From an uncultured Gammaproteobacteria bacterium (GTDB lineage Bacteria > Patescibacteriota > Patescibacteriia > Magasanikbacterales > UBA922), in the NCBI GenBank assembly GCA_964597575.1, contig CAZQXB010000001.1, positions 128,964-192,963 on the forward strand: a stretch of 64,000 nucleotides of DNA, given 5' to 3'. The notes beneath the pieces are model-generated. The model saw only the letters and a list, made by a program, of their open reading frames with translations. It was not told where the DNA came from and made no database searches. The first letter of the stretch is position 1, and every line of letters starts with the position of its first letter. The position numbers and the translations under genes are program-made. Of the stretch, positions 1 through 10,446 are shown one piece after another.

Positions 1-61
1 ATTGTGTGTAGGCCGCGGAAGTGGCCAAGTACGATGTCGGGCGTTTTTTCTTACCGAGCAT
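1..61 (-). CDS. 5' end of a CDS running off the window (MLGKKKRPTSYLATSAAYTQ...)
   Basis: ATG at 61 just downstream of the pilO-like stop, open to the window edge; too short to identify. Confidence 0.4.
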   Translation of the reverse strand, partial: MLGKKKRPTSYLATSAAYTQ

Positions 62-69
62 ATAAGAAG

Positions 70-636
70 TTATTTAACATACACACGGGCTGCAAATCCG
101 AGAGTGAGGTCAGTTGGACTGCCACCTTTTCGTTTTGCCCAGGTCGTGCTGTCGATAAAAAGAAACTGAGGAAGGCGCTCCAAGGCTCCTAAAAATGCCA
201 TGTGTTCTTCAAGTGTGCCGTGGTTTAAAAAGGTGAACGTGCATGACGGGAGTCCGACAGGGTCAGGTTTTTGCCCTTTGCCACGTACGGGTTTTTGGTC
301 GGTACAAGAAACATCGATATTTTGCTCCACGCCTTTTTCGGTGGCAATTTTTTCAAAAAGAGTAACCAGATCAAGGGCGTCAGTTACTTTTGTGGTGGCA
401 GTTCCGTACATTTCGAGGCGCTCAGAAATTTCTGGGGCCTCACGAATAGAGCGTCGTACAAGAGTTGCTTCTCGGTACTGTTTTTCAAACAGAGTTTGGG
501 TATCCGTAATTTGTTTCTGTAAGCTGAGGATTCTTTTGACCGATGGGATAACGACACCAATGGTAATAAGAAGAATGCCTAAAAAGGAAATAGCGAGGAA
601 GATTGCTGAGTGAATTTTAAAAGGTACCCCGCGCAT
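70..636 (-). CDS. PilO-like type IV pilus alignment protein
   Basis: N-terminal TM helix, coiled coil, then beta-rich domain; follows pilM-pilN in operon order. Confidence 0.55.
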   Translation of the reverse strand: MRGVPFKIHSAIFLAISFLGILLITIGVVIPSVKRILSLQKQITDTQTLFEKQYREATLVRRSIREAPEISERLEMYGTATTKVTDALDLVTLFEKIATEKGVEQNIDVSCTDQKPVRGKGQKPDPVGLPSCTFTFLNHGTLEEHMAFLGALERLPQFLFIDSTTWAKRKGGSPTDLTLGFAARVYVK

Positions 637-638
637 AG

Positions 639-1169
639 TTATTTGAGGGTAAAGGTAAGCGAGTAGGTCAGGTTGGCTTTTTGTTGAACAAGTTGGTCAA
701 TCGGAATGGTCGCTTCGGCGACAGAAGGGAGTGAGCGGAGGGCGGTTTGAAGTGCAAGAAGATCATCTCGTGTTTTTGCTGCGCCTGAAATGGTGCAGGT
801 TTTTGTATTCCGAGCGAGGGAAAGATTCTGAACCGTGATTCCAGGAGGAATGGCTTCAAAAAATTCTGCCAGAAACGGGGTCCAGGGGGTGTATGCACTT
901 TGAATTCCTTTTAGCTCCTTAACCGTGGCGTTGATGTTCTCAATAAGCGCAATTTTGTCTCGGTTGCGACGGGTGGTGTTTTCCACGCGACTGAGGAGTG
1001 TTTGTACGTGGGTCTCTAGGACCCAGTATCCACCAAGACAGGCGATAGCGATAAATGAAAGAACAATGAGACAGATTTCAAAAACACTTTTGGCGAATTG
1101 TAAATTCGCCAGCTGCTTGAGGTGGCCTCTCTTTTCATTGGAAAGAAGGTTGAGACGGGTAGGAAGCAT
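639..1169 (-). CDS. pilN: PilN domain-containing protein
   Basis: N-terminal 'RLNLL' PilM-binding motif, TM helix, coiled coil, 'IPPGITVQNLS...ISGAAKTRDDL' PilN-like core. Confidence 0.75.
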   Translation of the reverse strand: MLPTRLNLLSNEKRGHLKQLANLQFAKSVFEICLIVLSFIAIACLGGYWVLETHVQTLLSRVENTTRRNRDKIALIENINATVKELKGIQSAYTPWTPFLAEFFEAIPPGITVQNLSLARNTKTCTISGAAKTRDDLLALQTALRSLPSVAEATIPIDQLVQQKANLTYSLTFTLK

Positions 1170-1180
1170 AGGAATGGAAA

Positions 1181-2272
1181 CTAGACGCTGTCACTCATGA
1201 AAAACGGATTGTCTGCTGCCCGAATGGCAAGGCCGATGCCCGTTGCATAGGATGACTTGATCGGTCGAGTCGGTTCTTTTTTAAGTCTGAGGTTTTTATG
1301 AACGATACCGGGTTTTGCCACAATTTTTAGTTTCAAAGAAAGAATCGCATCAAGTTTTTTTAAAAGTGAAGCACCTCCACACATTGTAATGTGCGTAATT
1401 TTGTTTGGTTTCGGAAAATGGGAATAGTAAAATTGAATCGCCTTTTCAATTTCAATGGTAAGCCGGTCTGTAAGTTCGGCCATGACTCCCCATGCTTCCC
1501 CTTTTTGGTATTCTAAACCATCGTCAATTTTTTTTCGTTCTGCCTCGTCGTGCGAAAGATGGAGGCGTTGAGCAATGGCGGTCGTCACAATTTCTCCAGA
1601 ATACGGAAGGGAAATACTAAATTGAATATGGCCATGATCGTAAATAATAAGGCTCGATCGGGTTGCGCCAAGATCAAGTACGGCACGAGCTTCGTTTTCG
1701 TAGGTTTTACTTGCGGTAATCATAGCGCGAGCCGTTGCCAGAGCCTCAATTTCAAGGGCAATGACACCAAGCCCCAAGCTCTCAAACAGGTAGGTGTACA
1801 TGTCAGCAATTCTTTTTGGGGCGGCTCCAATGAGAATATCGGTGGTGCCTTCACCTAAGGAATGTTCTGGCATGATTTGCCAATCAATATAGTAGTCTTC
1901 GGTATCAAAAGGTAAATGACGTTTCGCCGCATAGAGAATATCCTCTTCAATGATGTCATCCTCTTTCTTTTCAATGTGAATGAGTTTGATAAATCCCTGA
2001 GTATCAGGAATAGATGCGGCGACCCACCGGCTTTTAACCGGTTTGTGTTGTTTGCTCCCGGCTAAAAGGTGCTGGATATATTTGCGCACTTGTTCTGGTT
2101 GCTCCAATTCTCCATTCACAATAAGCCCCGCAGGAAGTGACGTATCTCGCATGTTCAAAATTTCGTACGAGGCCGTCCGTGCATTTCTCGTGATATTCCG
2201 AAGTTGCACTAATTTGAGAGACAAGTCTCCGATATCAAGGGCAAAAGCATGGGGAAATGGCGACGAGAACAT
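1181..2272 (-). CDS. pilM: Type IV pilus assembly protein PilM (actin-like ATPase fold)
   Basis: 'FALDIGDLSLKLVQL', 'VLDLGATRSSL', 'MCGGASLLK' motifs; start set at ATG 2272. Confidence 0.9.
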   Translation of the reverse strand: MFSSPFPHAFALDIGDLSLKLVQLRNITRNARTASYEILNMRDTSLPAGLIVNGELEQPEQVRKYIQHLLAGSKQHKPVKSRWVAASIPDTQGFIKLIHIEKKEDDIIEEDILYAAKRHLPFDTEDYYIDWQIMPEHSLGEGTTDILIGAAPKRIADMYTYLFESLGLGVIALEIEALATARAMITASKTYENEARAVLDLGATRSSLIIYDHGHIQFSISLPYSGEIVTTAIAQRLHLSHDEAERKKIDDGLEYQKGEAWGVMAELTDRLTIEIEKAIQFYYSHFPKPNKITHITMCGGASLLKKLDAILSLKLKIVAKPGIVHKNLRLKKEPTRPIKSSYATGIGLAIRAADNPFFMSDSV

Positions 2273-2279
2273 AAGCGTT

Positions 2280-3389
2280 CTAAAAACTTTGCGTGAGCGA
2301 GTAAATGGGCATAATGACGGCGACTGCAACCCCGGCCACAGCAACCCCGAGCGTCAAAATAATCACCGGTTCGATAATGACCGTAAAGTTTTTCATGGTT
2401 TTGTCGACTTCTTCACTATAAAACTCCGAAAGTTCGGCAAGGAGGCGATCCACTTCACCGGTGCGTTCACCCACCATCACCATTTCTGTAACCATCGGTG
2501 GAAAGAGTTTAGGGTAGGCAGAGAGAATTTCGGAAAAAGGAGTACCTGATTTTATTTTGACCGAAGTTTCTTTGAGTGCGTCTTGGAAAGTCATGTTTGA
2601 ACAGGTCTGCGATGTAATCTCTACGGCATCAATAATGGGAATGGTACTCTTTAAAAGCGATGAGAGTGTAAGGGAGAAACGAGCTAAGTTAATTTGTTTA
2701 ATCACTGGGCCAAAAATTGGGAGACGCAGTGTTGTTCTGTGCACTGCGCGGTGAAACTTAGGAAATTTTTTCAAAGCAAAAATATACGCCACGACGAGCA
2801 CGATGCCTCCGCCAATCGTGATAATAAGGTTGAGCGGGTTACTCAGAAAGTGCACCACAGCAATTAAAATTTGTGTAGCCAGAGGGAGTTCGGCTTCAAA
2901 CTCATCAAAAATCTCAATAAGCTTTGGTAAAACCACGGTCGCCATCACAATCCCAATGACGCCCATGGCACTTAAAATAACCCCAGGGTAAATAAGAGCG
3001 CCACGAATGCTTGAGCTGAGGGCGTATGATTTTTTGAGTTGGGTAACAATTTGTGAGAGTGCTTCGTCCAGTCGTCCGGAAATTTCTCCGGAGTGAATCA
3101 TGCTGACCGCCATGGCCGGGAATACCTTCGGATATTCCGCTAAGACCTCGCTGAGCTCACGGCCTTTTTCTACCTCGGTTTTTACTTGCCCCACAATACG
3201 TCGAAGTTTCGGATTCTCCATTTCTTTTTCTAGAATGCTGAGTGCCTCAACTAACGAAAGACTCGCATGAATCATGGTGCGCAAGTGGTCGAGAAAAAAT
3301 ATTTTATGCACGAGCGTAATTCGTGAAAATTTTTCCACGAATTGATTCAATTTCTGAATAAATTTTGGTTCGGCTTTTTTTGTTACCAT
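2280..3389 (-). CDS. pilC: Type IV pilus/T2SS inner-membrane platform protein PilC (GspF family)
   Basis: Two T2SSF repeats: 'SGEISGRLDEAL', 'VGERTGEVD...EPVIIL'. Confidence 0.93.
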   Translation of the reverse strand: MVTKKAEPKFIQKLNQFVEKFSRITLVHKIFFLDHLRTMIHASLSLVEALSILEKEMENPKLRRIVGQVKTEVEKGRELSEVLAEYPKVFPAMAVSMIHSGEISGRLDEALSQIVTQLKKSYALSSSIRGALIYPGVILSAMGVIGIVMATVVLPKLIEIFDEFEAELPLATQILIAVVHFLSNPLNLIITIGGGIVLVVAYIFALKKFPKFHRAVHRTTLRLPIFGPVIKQINLARFSLTLSSLLKSTIPIIDAVEITSQTCSNMTFQDALKETSVKIKSGTPFSEILSAYPKLFPPMVTEMVMVGERTGEVDRLLAELSEFYSEEVDKTMKNFTVIIEPVIILTLGVAVAGVAVAVIMPIYSLTQSF

Positions 3390-3394
3390 ACACA

Positions 3395-5125
3395 TTAATC
3401 ACGGGTTACACGAAGCACTTCTTCAATTGTGGTAATGCCTTGTTTGGCTTTAATAAGACCATCTTGAAGCATGGTAATCATGCCACTCTCTACGGCAAAC
3501 TTTTTAATTTCTTGGGCATTTGCCCGGTTGTTAATGAGCGTAATCAGATCTTTATCAATTTCAAGCACCTCATAGATTCCCATGCGCCCCTTATAGCCAG
3601 AGTCACCACAGCGACTACAACCTTCTCCGTGAAAAAACGTCATGGATTTTACGTCTTCTTCTTTTTTATCGAGGTTGATACCTTGATCCGTAAAAAGTTT
3701 GATGATTTTCTTTACATCAAACGTTCGTTCCAATTCCTCAATCGCCGGAGCTTCAAGCGTAAATGGCTTTTTACAAAATTCGCAGATTTTACGCACTAAC
3801 CGTTGAGCCACAATAATGTTTGCGGTAAAGGCGACCAAAAAAGGAGGAATATCCATGTCGAGCAAACGAGGAAGGGTGGTAGGTGCATCGTTCGTGTGGA
3901 GGGTAGAGAGCACCGAGTGTCCGGTCATAGCGGCGTGAATGGCAATTTCGGCAGTTTCTTTGTCGCGAATTTCTCCGACCATGATAATATCCGGGTCCTG
4001 ACGGAGAAAAGCACGCAGCCCTCCGGCAAAGGTAAATCCAGCTCGCGGGTTGATCTGGCTCTGGTTAATACCTTTGACATGGTATTCAATCGGATCTTCA
4101 ATCGTACAGATATTCACGTCTGGCTGATTCAAAATTCCAAGAAGGGAATAGAGTGTTGTGGTTTTTCCACTTCCGGTTGGCCCAGTAACCAGAATCATGC
4201 CGTGGGGTTTTTCAATGGCGATTTCAACGAGCTTTCGTGGGCCGGGTAAAAAGCCTAATTGGTCGAGGGTAAGCGGTTTTTGCCCTTCATGGAGGAGACG
4301 CATGACGATCTTTTCGCCGTCGTATACGGGAATAATAGACACGCGGAAGGAAAGGCGTTCGTCTTGGACTTTAATCTTGAATCGTCCGTCTTGCGGAACC
4401 ATGTGCTCATCGATTTTGAGATTCGAAAGAATTTTAATACGAGCCATGATCCCATTTTGAACCGTCTTGGGGAGAGCCATGACACTTCGGAGTACTCCGT
4501 CTACACGGTAACGCACCACCACTTCTTTTTCTGTCGGTTCGATGTGAATATCACTCGCTCCTTCAAACACGGCATGTTCAAGAATGCTGTTTACAATGTT
4601 AATGATTGGGAGTTCCTGCGCCGCTTTTTTGAGATCGCTGTCCTCGGTTTGGCCTGTCGCATCGCTCAACTGTTCAATATTAAACGTGCTTTCAAGATCA
4701 GCGTGGTATCGGCGAAGCGCATCTTTGATGTCGGTTGGTGTGGTCAGGAACACTTTTGGGGAGAGACCTGTTTTTCGCTGGATAAACTCGATGGTTTGAA
4801 TATCCTCCGGATCAAGCATGGCGAGCGAAATGTCGGTTTTTGTTGTTTCAAACGCCACGATATTATGCGTTTGAGCGAGCGGGGCGGTAATGGTATTTAA
4901 AACATCCTTTCCAATATCCTTTCCCTTAAGAGGGGTAAACGGAACATTCATGGCCGCAGCCGCCGCGCGATAGAGCTCGGTTTCGTCGATAATGCGCTCA
5001 TCGACCAGGTACTGCTCGAGATCCTTGCGAGCGCTCTCGGCCTTTTTTTTGTAAGCAACAACGTCTTTTGAAGACATCTTTAAAGGGCCTACGAGAAGGT
5101 TTTCGATGAGGGTGACAGGCAGCAT
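3395..5125 (-). CDS. pilB: Type IV pilus assembly ATPase PilB (GspE family)
   Basis: 'ASDIHIEP', Walker A 'GPTGSGKTTT', 'LRQDPDIIMVGEIRD', CxxC Zn motifs. Confidence 0.95.
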   Translation of the reverse strand: MLPVTLIENLLVGPLKMSSKDVVAYKKKAESARKDLEQYLVDERIIDETELYRAAAAAMNVPFTPLKGKDIGKDVLNTITAPLAQTHNIVAFETTKTDISLAMLDPEDIQTIEFIQRKTGLSPKVFLTTPTDIKDALRRYHADLESTFNIEQLSDATGQTEDSDLKKAAQELPIINIVNSILEHAVFEGASDIHIEPTEKEVVVRYRVDGVLRSVMALPKTVQNGIMARIKILSNLKIDEHMVPQDGRFKIKVQDERLSFRVSIIPVYDGEKIVMRLLHEGQKPLTLDQLGFLPGPRKLVEIAIEKPHGMILVTGPTGSGKTTTLYSLLGILNQPDVNICTIEDPIEYHVKGINQSQINPRAGFTFAGGLRAFLRQDPDIIMVGEIRDKETAEIAIHAAMTGHSVLSTLHTNDAPTTLPRLLDMDIPPFLVAFTANIIVAQRLVRKICEFCKKPFTLEAPAIEELERTFDVKKIIKLFTDQGINLDKKEEDVKSMTFFHGEGCSRCGDSGYKGRMGIYEVLEIDKDLITLINNRANAQEIKKFAVESGMITMLQDGLIKAKQGITTIEEVLRVTRD

Positions 5126-5179
5126 ACGAGATTCAAGTAGACATAGTATAACACATGTTCAGAAAATTGACCTTCTAGC

Positions 5180-5208
5180 TTGACAAGACAGAAGAGTTTT
5201 GCTACAGT
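5180..5208 (+). promoter_or_regulatory. sigma70-type promoter of rpsF-ssb-rpsR
   Basis: TTGACA-17 nt-TACAGT. Confidence 0.65.
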
Positions 5209-5289
5209 ACGCCTAAATTACGACTCGAAAGCGCACAGGTCACGTCTTTTGGTTGGTCGACCACGAGAATCGATGACCGTAACATCCTT

Positions 5290-5814
5290 ATGAAACACTA
5301 CGAAATTTTATCGATTTTGGCCGGAACAATTTCAGAAGAAGAAGTTCCAGCTCGTCTTAAGGTGATTGAAGAAATCATGGAAAAAGGTGGTGGCAGTCAT
5401 GCTACCTTAGAACACATGGGGAAAAACCGTTTGGCCTACCCTATGAAGCATATTCGCTACGGATACTTCCTTCTCGGTCGTTTCCAGGCAAAACCAGAGG
5501 CCGCTGACGCGATTCGCGCCAAGATCGCTCTTCTCGAAGGCGTTCTTCGTGTGGTCGTTCGCACCTATAACCCAAAGACTCCTCCGCATGCAACTATTGC
5601 CTTTGCTGGCATGAGCATTGCTGCTTCACGAGAACGTGAAGATGGAGAAGAAAACAGCACCGTATTTCCTTCTGCTCCAGCTCCTCGAGCTGTGGCGGCA
5701 AAGAAAGAAGCCGAAGCGCCGAAAAAAGGCGAAACCAAGGCTGATGAGGTAGATATGGCTCAGATTACAAAAAAACTTGATCAGATTCTTGAAGAAGACA
5801 TCACTGCTGTCTAA
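5290..5814 (+). CDS. rpsF: 30S ribosomal protein S6 with long acidic C-terminal tail
   Basis: 'MKHYEILSIL...GKNRLAYPMK...GYF' S6 motif; rpsF-ssb-rpsR synteny. Confidence 0.93.
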   Translation: MKHYEILSILAGTISEEEVPARLKVIEEIMEKGGGSHATLEHMGKNRLAYPMKHIRYGYFLLGRFQAKPEAADAIRAKIALLEGVLRVVVRTYNPKTPPHATIAFAGMSIAASREREDGEENSTVFPSAPAPRAVAAKKEAEAPKKGETKADEVDMAQITKKLDQILEEDITAV

Positions 5815-5833
5815 TTCACTTTACTATTCTGGT

Positions 5834-6271
5834 ATGGATTTGAACCGCGCCACCATCATTGGGCGACTCACCCGAGATCCGGAAATGCGTACAACGCCAA
5901 ACGGACGCTCAGTGACCACGCTCTCAGTTGCCACGAACCGTTCCTGGACTGACCAGGCCGGAGCAAAGCAAGAAAAAGTGGAGTATCATAACTGTGTGCT
6001 TTGGGGGAAGCTCGCGGAAATCGCGGGGCAGTATTTGGCCAAGGGTCGTCGAGTGTATATTGAGGGTCGTATTGAAACACGCGATTGGACTGACCAGGCC
6101 GGAGTCAAAAAATACCGTACAGAAATTATTGCCGAAAACATGATCATGCTCGACGGTGCGAAGGGCGCGCCGATGAGTGGCCAACCTATGGGTGCTGCCT
6201 CCGGAAGCACATCCACTCCTCCAAAAGAAGAAGAGGTTCCCGAAATTCGGGTTGAAGATATTCCGTTTTAA
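5834..6271 (+). CDS. ssb: Single-stranded DNA-binding protein
   Basis: 'NRATIIGRLTRDPE', C-terminal 'EDIPF'. Confidence 0.97.
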   Translation: MDLNRATIIGRLTRDPEMRTTPNGRSVTTLSVATNRSWTDQAGAKQEKVEYHNCVLWGKLAEIAGQYLAKGRRVYIEGRIETRDWTDQAGVKKYRTEIIAENMIMLDGAKGAPMSGQPMGAASGSTSTPPKEEEVPEIRVEDIPF

Positions 6272-6290
6272 TCGTTTGTAATACATTGGT

Positions 6291-6515
6291 ATGCCAGGTG
6301 AAGTTGTTCGTAAAAAACGCCCGTGCCATTACTGTGTAAACAAGGCCGAAGTCGTTGACTATAAAGATGTCATGACCCTTCGACGTTTTGTTTCCTCATT
6401 TTACAAAATTGCCCCACGCCGCCGCAGCGGTTTGTGCGCAAGTCATCAGCGTAAGGTTGCTCGCAGCGTTAAGCAGGCGCGCATTCTTGGGCTCATGGCA
6501 TTTGTACCAAAGTAA
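6291..6515 (+). CDS. rpsR: 30S ribosomal protein S18
   Basis: 'CHYC...VDYKDV..LRRF...KIAPRRRSGLCASHQRKVARSVKQAR'. Confidence 0.96.
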   Translation: MPGEVVRKKRPCHYCVNKAEVVDYKDVMTLRRFVSSFYKIAPRRRSGLCASHQRKVARSVKQARILGLMAFVPK

Positions 6516-6532
6516 ACGCACGAAACACGTTC

Positions 6533-6562
6533 AAAACACACCCTCAATTGAGGGTGTGTTTT
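6533..6562 (+). terminator. Intrinsic terminator (perfect palindrome) after rpsR
   Basis: AAAACACACCCTCAATTGAGGGTGTGTTTT. Confidence 0.8.
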
Positions 6563-6600
6563 GTTTCTGTGGTATACTTGAGACATATTTGCCTGTCATT

Positions 6601-8379
6601 ATGCCTCGAAAAGGCTTTTCTTTAATTGAAATTATTGTTGCTATTGGGGTATTTGCGCTTCTTACGGTTGGGCTCTATAGCTTGCTCCAATTTGTTTTTA
6701 AATCAGTCTACCAGTCGAGACTGCGCATTTTAGAAACGAGCATTTTGAATGAACAGATCGAGTTGATACGGAATCTCACCTTTTCCGATGTCGGTATTTT
6801 AAATGGAAGTCCGCCTGGTGTTCTTACGCGAACCATAACAACAACACGTGATGGAATCCCTTTTATCATTACAAGAACTATTCGCAATGTTGATGATCCG
6901 GCCGATGGGACGATTGGCGGGGATCCAAACGATACGGCCGCTGCCGATTATAAATTCGTTGATGTTTCAATCATTTGTACCCGTTGCACACAAAATACTC
7001 CTCTTACACTCTCAACGATCGTGGGCCCTCGGTATCTAGAGGGTGACCCAACGCATGGAGCTCTTTTTATTGATGTATTCGACCCACTTGCAAACCCAAT
7101 TGTGGGGGCAGATGTGCATGTGGTGGCAACTTCAACTAGTCCCACATTTGATTTTACTGAAACGACAGATAATAACGGGCGAGTAAGCCTCGTCGATTTG
7201 CCAAGTGGAGTAACGGCGTATCATATTACTGTAACAAAAGCCGGCCATACCACCGATGGTACAGTGGCCGAGAGTGCACTTGTACCAAACCCAACGAAAC
7301 CCCCAGCAACGGTCGTGGCGCAGGATCTGACCGAGATTAGTTTTACGATTGAACCGATTGGGGTGGTTGATCTCTCTACACTTTCGTATACCTGCCAGCC
7401 TATCGGAGGAGTGGATGTTGATATGGACGGCACAAAACTCATTGCGACAAATCCAGATATTCTGCTCATTTCGACAAGCACCGTTACTTCGGCGGGTGGA
7501 CTTGGTCAGTTTTCCCCCCTTATTAGTGATGCGTATGGTTTTGGAGTTTCAGGCTACGATGTCATTGGAACAATTCCTCAGACACCGGTAACAATTTTAA
7601 CCGGAACAACGCAGCCAGTGAGTCTTATTTTGGGGGCAAACACAACACACTCTCTTCTTGTAAATGTCCGAGATGGGGTAACCCGGCAACCGCTTCCTGG
7701 TGCTACGGTTACCGTTACGACAAGCCTTGGTTATAATGTAAGCCAGCAAACAGGTGTTGGTTTTCTTCGTCAAACCGATTGGTCGGATGGTTCGGGCCAG
7801 GAATTGTTTGTAACAGGTACAATGTACTGGCAAGATGATAGTAATGTGGACGCAGTCGTTGATCCAGGAAATGTGCTTTTGCGGGCAGTGGGTTTAGGGT
7901 ATACCGGAGCCGGAACTCTGGAATCTTCCATTTTCGATTTCGGGAGTTCATCCAATTACGGAAATATTATTTGGGAACCGGTTCTTCAATTACCAGCGAC
8001 CGGTACGAGTTCGCTCAAGTTTCATATCGCAACGTCAAATTCTTCAACCCCGGCATCGTGGAATTATTATGGTCCAGACGGTACCCCTTCTACCTACTAT
8101 GATGTGAGTGATACGGTTATTTCCAGTCTTCATGATGGTGAACAGTTTTTGCGGTATAGGATATATTTAGAAACTGCCTCATCGACAGTAACCCCAGTGC
8201 TTTCCGACCTCGTGTTTACCTATACCAATAGCTGTAGCCCTCCAGGTCAGGCATTTTTTTCTTCGCTTAGTGCCATAAGCCACGGGATTCAGGTCACAAG
8301 AGACGGGTACCAAACACAGGAGGTATCTGTTACCCCGAGTGGGGATAGTGCGGTTACGATCGACCTTCTTGCTTTATGA
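6601..8379 (+). CDS. Large prepilin-type (type IV minor pilin) protein with carboxypeptidase-regulatory-like beta-sandwich repeats
   Basis: Class III signal 'KGFSLIEIIVAIGV'; repeated 'PIVGADVHV...TDNNG...YHITVTKAG' / 'PLPGATVTV' modules. Confidence 0.8.
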   Translation: MPRKGFSLIEIIVAIGVFALLTVGLYSLLQFVFKSVYQSRLRILETSILNEQIELIRNLTFSDVGILNGSPPGVLTRTITTTRDGIPFIITRTIRNVDDPADGTIGGDPNDTAAADYKFVDVSIICTRCTQNTPLTLSTIVGPRYLEGDPTHGALFIDVFDPLANPIVGADVHVVATSTSPTFDFTETTDNNGRVSLVDLPSGVTAYHITVTKAGHTTDGTVAESALVPNPTKPPATVVAQDLTEISFTIEPIGVVDLSTLSYTCQPIGGVDVDMDGTKLIATNPDILLISTSTVTSAGGLGQFSPLISDAYGFGVSGYDVIGTIPQTPVTILTGTTQPVSLILGANTTHSLLVNVRDGVTRQPLPGATVTVTTSLGYNVSQQTGVGFLRQTDWSDGSGQELFVTGTMYWQDDSNVDAVVDPGNVLLRAVGLGYTGAGTLESSIFDFGSSSNYGNIIWEPVLQLPATGTSSLKFHIATSNSSTPASWNYYGPDGTPSTYYDVSDTVISSLHDGEQFLRYRIYLETASSTVTPVLSDLVFTYTNSCSPPGQAFFSSLSAISHGIQVTRDGYQTQEVSVTPSGDSAVTIDLLAL

Positions 8380-8990
8380 TAAGAGATACGTCTTCGCGAG
8401 GATTTACCATACTTGAGGCCCTTTTTGCCATAAGCATTTTTGCGCTTTTGGCGATGTCGATGGTTTGGGTTCTTATTACCGGCCTTCGTACTCAGCGCAT
8501 TGTGTGGGATCAGCTGAGTGGTCAAAATGATGTTCGGAGAGTGCTTCAACAGGTGGTCGATGATGCACGTCGAGCAGAGCCGTCAAGTGTGGGTGCCTAC
8601 CCCATTGTCGTGGCGTCGTCGACTGAATTTACTTTTTACGCCAACATTAATAACGACAATTTGCGTGAACGAGTCCGCTTTTGGGTTCAAAACGAAGAAC
8701 TTCGAAAAGGCGTTATTACCCCGACCGGTTCTCCGCTTACCTATGAAAGTGCGAATGAAGAGGTAACCGTGCTCGCGCATGATGTGAAGAACATTACCCT
8801 GAACATTCCTCTCTTTTCGTACTATGATGATACATTTACTGGTACTGAAGAGGCGCTTTCGCAGCCGGTAACCACGACCGCGGTACGCCTGCTTAAGGTT
8901 GATCTTGTGGTGGACGTGAATCCTATTTCTTCTCCGGTACCAGTGCGGGCAGAGACATTCGTTCAAGTGCGAAATGTAAAGTTAAACTAG
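8376..8990 (+). CDS. Prepilin-type minor pilin (PilW/GspJ-like)
   Basis: 'RGFTILEALFAISI' class III signal; ATGA overlap with upstream gene. Confidence 0.8.
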   Translation: MIRDTSSRGFTILEALFAISIFALLAMSMVWVLITGLRTQRIVWDQLSGQNDVRRVLQQVVDDARRAEPSSVGAYPIVVASSTEFTFYANINNDNLRERVRFWVQNEELRKGVITPTGSPLTYESANEEVTVLAHDVKNITLNIPLFSYYDDTFTGTEEALSQPVTTTAVRLLKVDLVVDVNPISSPVPVRAETFVQVRNVKLN

Positions 8991-9009
8991 ATTTTCTTGT
9001 TCGTAGGAT

Positions 9010-10377
9010 ATGTTCCATTTTTTTTCGAAACGGCACAGATTAGAAAAAAAGAATTCCTCAGACCGTCGAGGAGTTATTTTGGTCTACCTCCTTATTTTTG
9101 GTTCGCTCGTAACCACCATGCTTGTGACCGGGCTTGCAAGCTATACGTTATTTGAACACCGTGTTTCCATGCGAAAACACGATCGCGATTTAGCCTTTCA
9201 TATTGCAGAGGCGGGAATTAATTATTATCGTTGGCACTTGGCGCATTACCCAGATGATTTACAAAATGGTACGGGGCAGCCTGGGCCATACGAACTCCCG
9301 TTTCGCGATAAAGACGGAAATACGTTAGGGTACTATTCTTTAGACATAACACAGCCTTTGATTGGTTCAACGATTGTTCAGATTCGCTCAACCGGCTGGA
9401 CCACTGAAGAGCCAGACAGACCAAGAACTCTTGTGGTTCGCCTCGGCTTTCCGGCGCTAGCTGATTACACCTTCCTCCAGAATGCAAACATGCGTTTTAG
9501 TAGTACGACGGTTGTTCATGGGCCTGTGCACTCTAATGGTGGAATTCAGTTTGATGGTACAACAGACGCCGAAGTTACTTCAGCTCGGCAAACGTATGAC
9601 CCAGGTGATGGTATTCAGCATCCTGGGGTTTGGGGGGTAGGGGGGCCGACGAATTTCTTTACTTATCCAGTTCCGGCGCAAGATTTTAATGCGGTAACAG
9701 TGGATTTAGCAAATTTACAGGCCGATGCAATTAGCGGGGGCACCCGCCTTCTCTCCTCTGGTCGAGAAGGTTGGCATATTACGTTTCGTACAGACGGGCG
9801 CTACGACTTACGTCGTGTGAACAGTCGATCTTCGTATGATGGCAACGCCTACGACATTAATGGTCAAACATTTTGGGGAACATATGATCCTCCAGCAAAC
9901 GGAGCGCTATTTGTCGAAGATAATGTGTGGGTGGACGGAATCGTCGATGGCCGTATTACGGTCGGAGCCTCAAATTTTCAAGGCGCCCCTGATCGCGATA
10001 TTATTATTTCTGGAAATTTAATGTACGAAACCCAGGTGGGGGATGATGTGCTAGGGCTCATCGCTGAACGGGATATCGTGGTACCAAGAAATGTTCCTGA
10101 TACGATGACGATAAACGCGGCTGCTTTGGCTCAAAATGGACGTATTTTTCGCCCGTACTACACCGGAACAAATAGTATCCGGACAAACTTAGTATTTTCT
10201 GGATCCCAAATTGCTTTTAGCGGAGGAGGCTGGAAGTATCTCGGTGGTTCTGGGACGGTCATCTCTGGTTTTGTGAATACGAACCATAGTTACGATGGAA
10301 ACTTGCGGTTTTACCCACCCCCAGGCTTCCCTACCTCCGGAGTGTACGAATTATTGAGCTGGGCTGAAGAAGAGTAA
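9010..10377 (+). CDS. PilX-like minor pilin
   Basis: 'RRGVILVYLLI' (no Glu5) and 'AFHIAEAGINY' PilX N-terminal motif. Confidence 0.75.
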   Translation: MFHFFSKRHRLEKKNSSDRRGVILVYLLIFGSLVTTMLVTGLASYTLFEHRVSMRKHDRDLAFHIAEAGINYYRWHLAHYPDDLQNGTGQPGPYELPFRDKDGNTLGYYSLDITQPLIGSTIVQIRSTGWTTEEPDRPRTLVVRLGFPALADYTFLQNANMRFSSTTVVHGPVHSNGGIQFDGTTDAEVTSARQTYDPGDGIQHPGVWGVGGPTNFFTYPVPAQDFNAVTVDLANLQADAISGGTRLLSSGREGWHITFRTDGRYDLRRVNSRSSYDGNAYDINGQTFWGTYDPPANGALFVEDNVWVDGIVDGRITVGASNFQGAPDRDIIISGNLMYETQVGDDVLGLIAERDIVVPRNVPDTMTINAAALAQNGRIFRPYYTGTNSIRTNLVFSGSQIAFSGGGWKYLGGSGTVISGFVNTNHSYDGNLRFYPPPGFPTSGVYELLSWAEEE

Positions 10378-10446
10378 GAAATAGGCGCTCCTTCTTTGCT
10401 TTTCGATGCTTTTAAATGCAAAAACTTCGTGTTATACTGTACTTGT

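Noticed and set aside
5945-6104. 19-bp direct repeat TGGACTGACCAGGCCGGAG twice in ssb
   Set aside because: It encodes WTDQAG in two SSB beta-hairpin loops that commonly share a W-x-D-x-x-G pattern; no sign of a mobile or regulatory role.
6533-6562. Palindrome containing CCTCAATTGAGG, similar to the array repeat core
   Set aside because: It is a simple perfect hairpin with a T-tract right after rpsR and lacks the bulge and second hairpin; an ordinary terminator.
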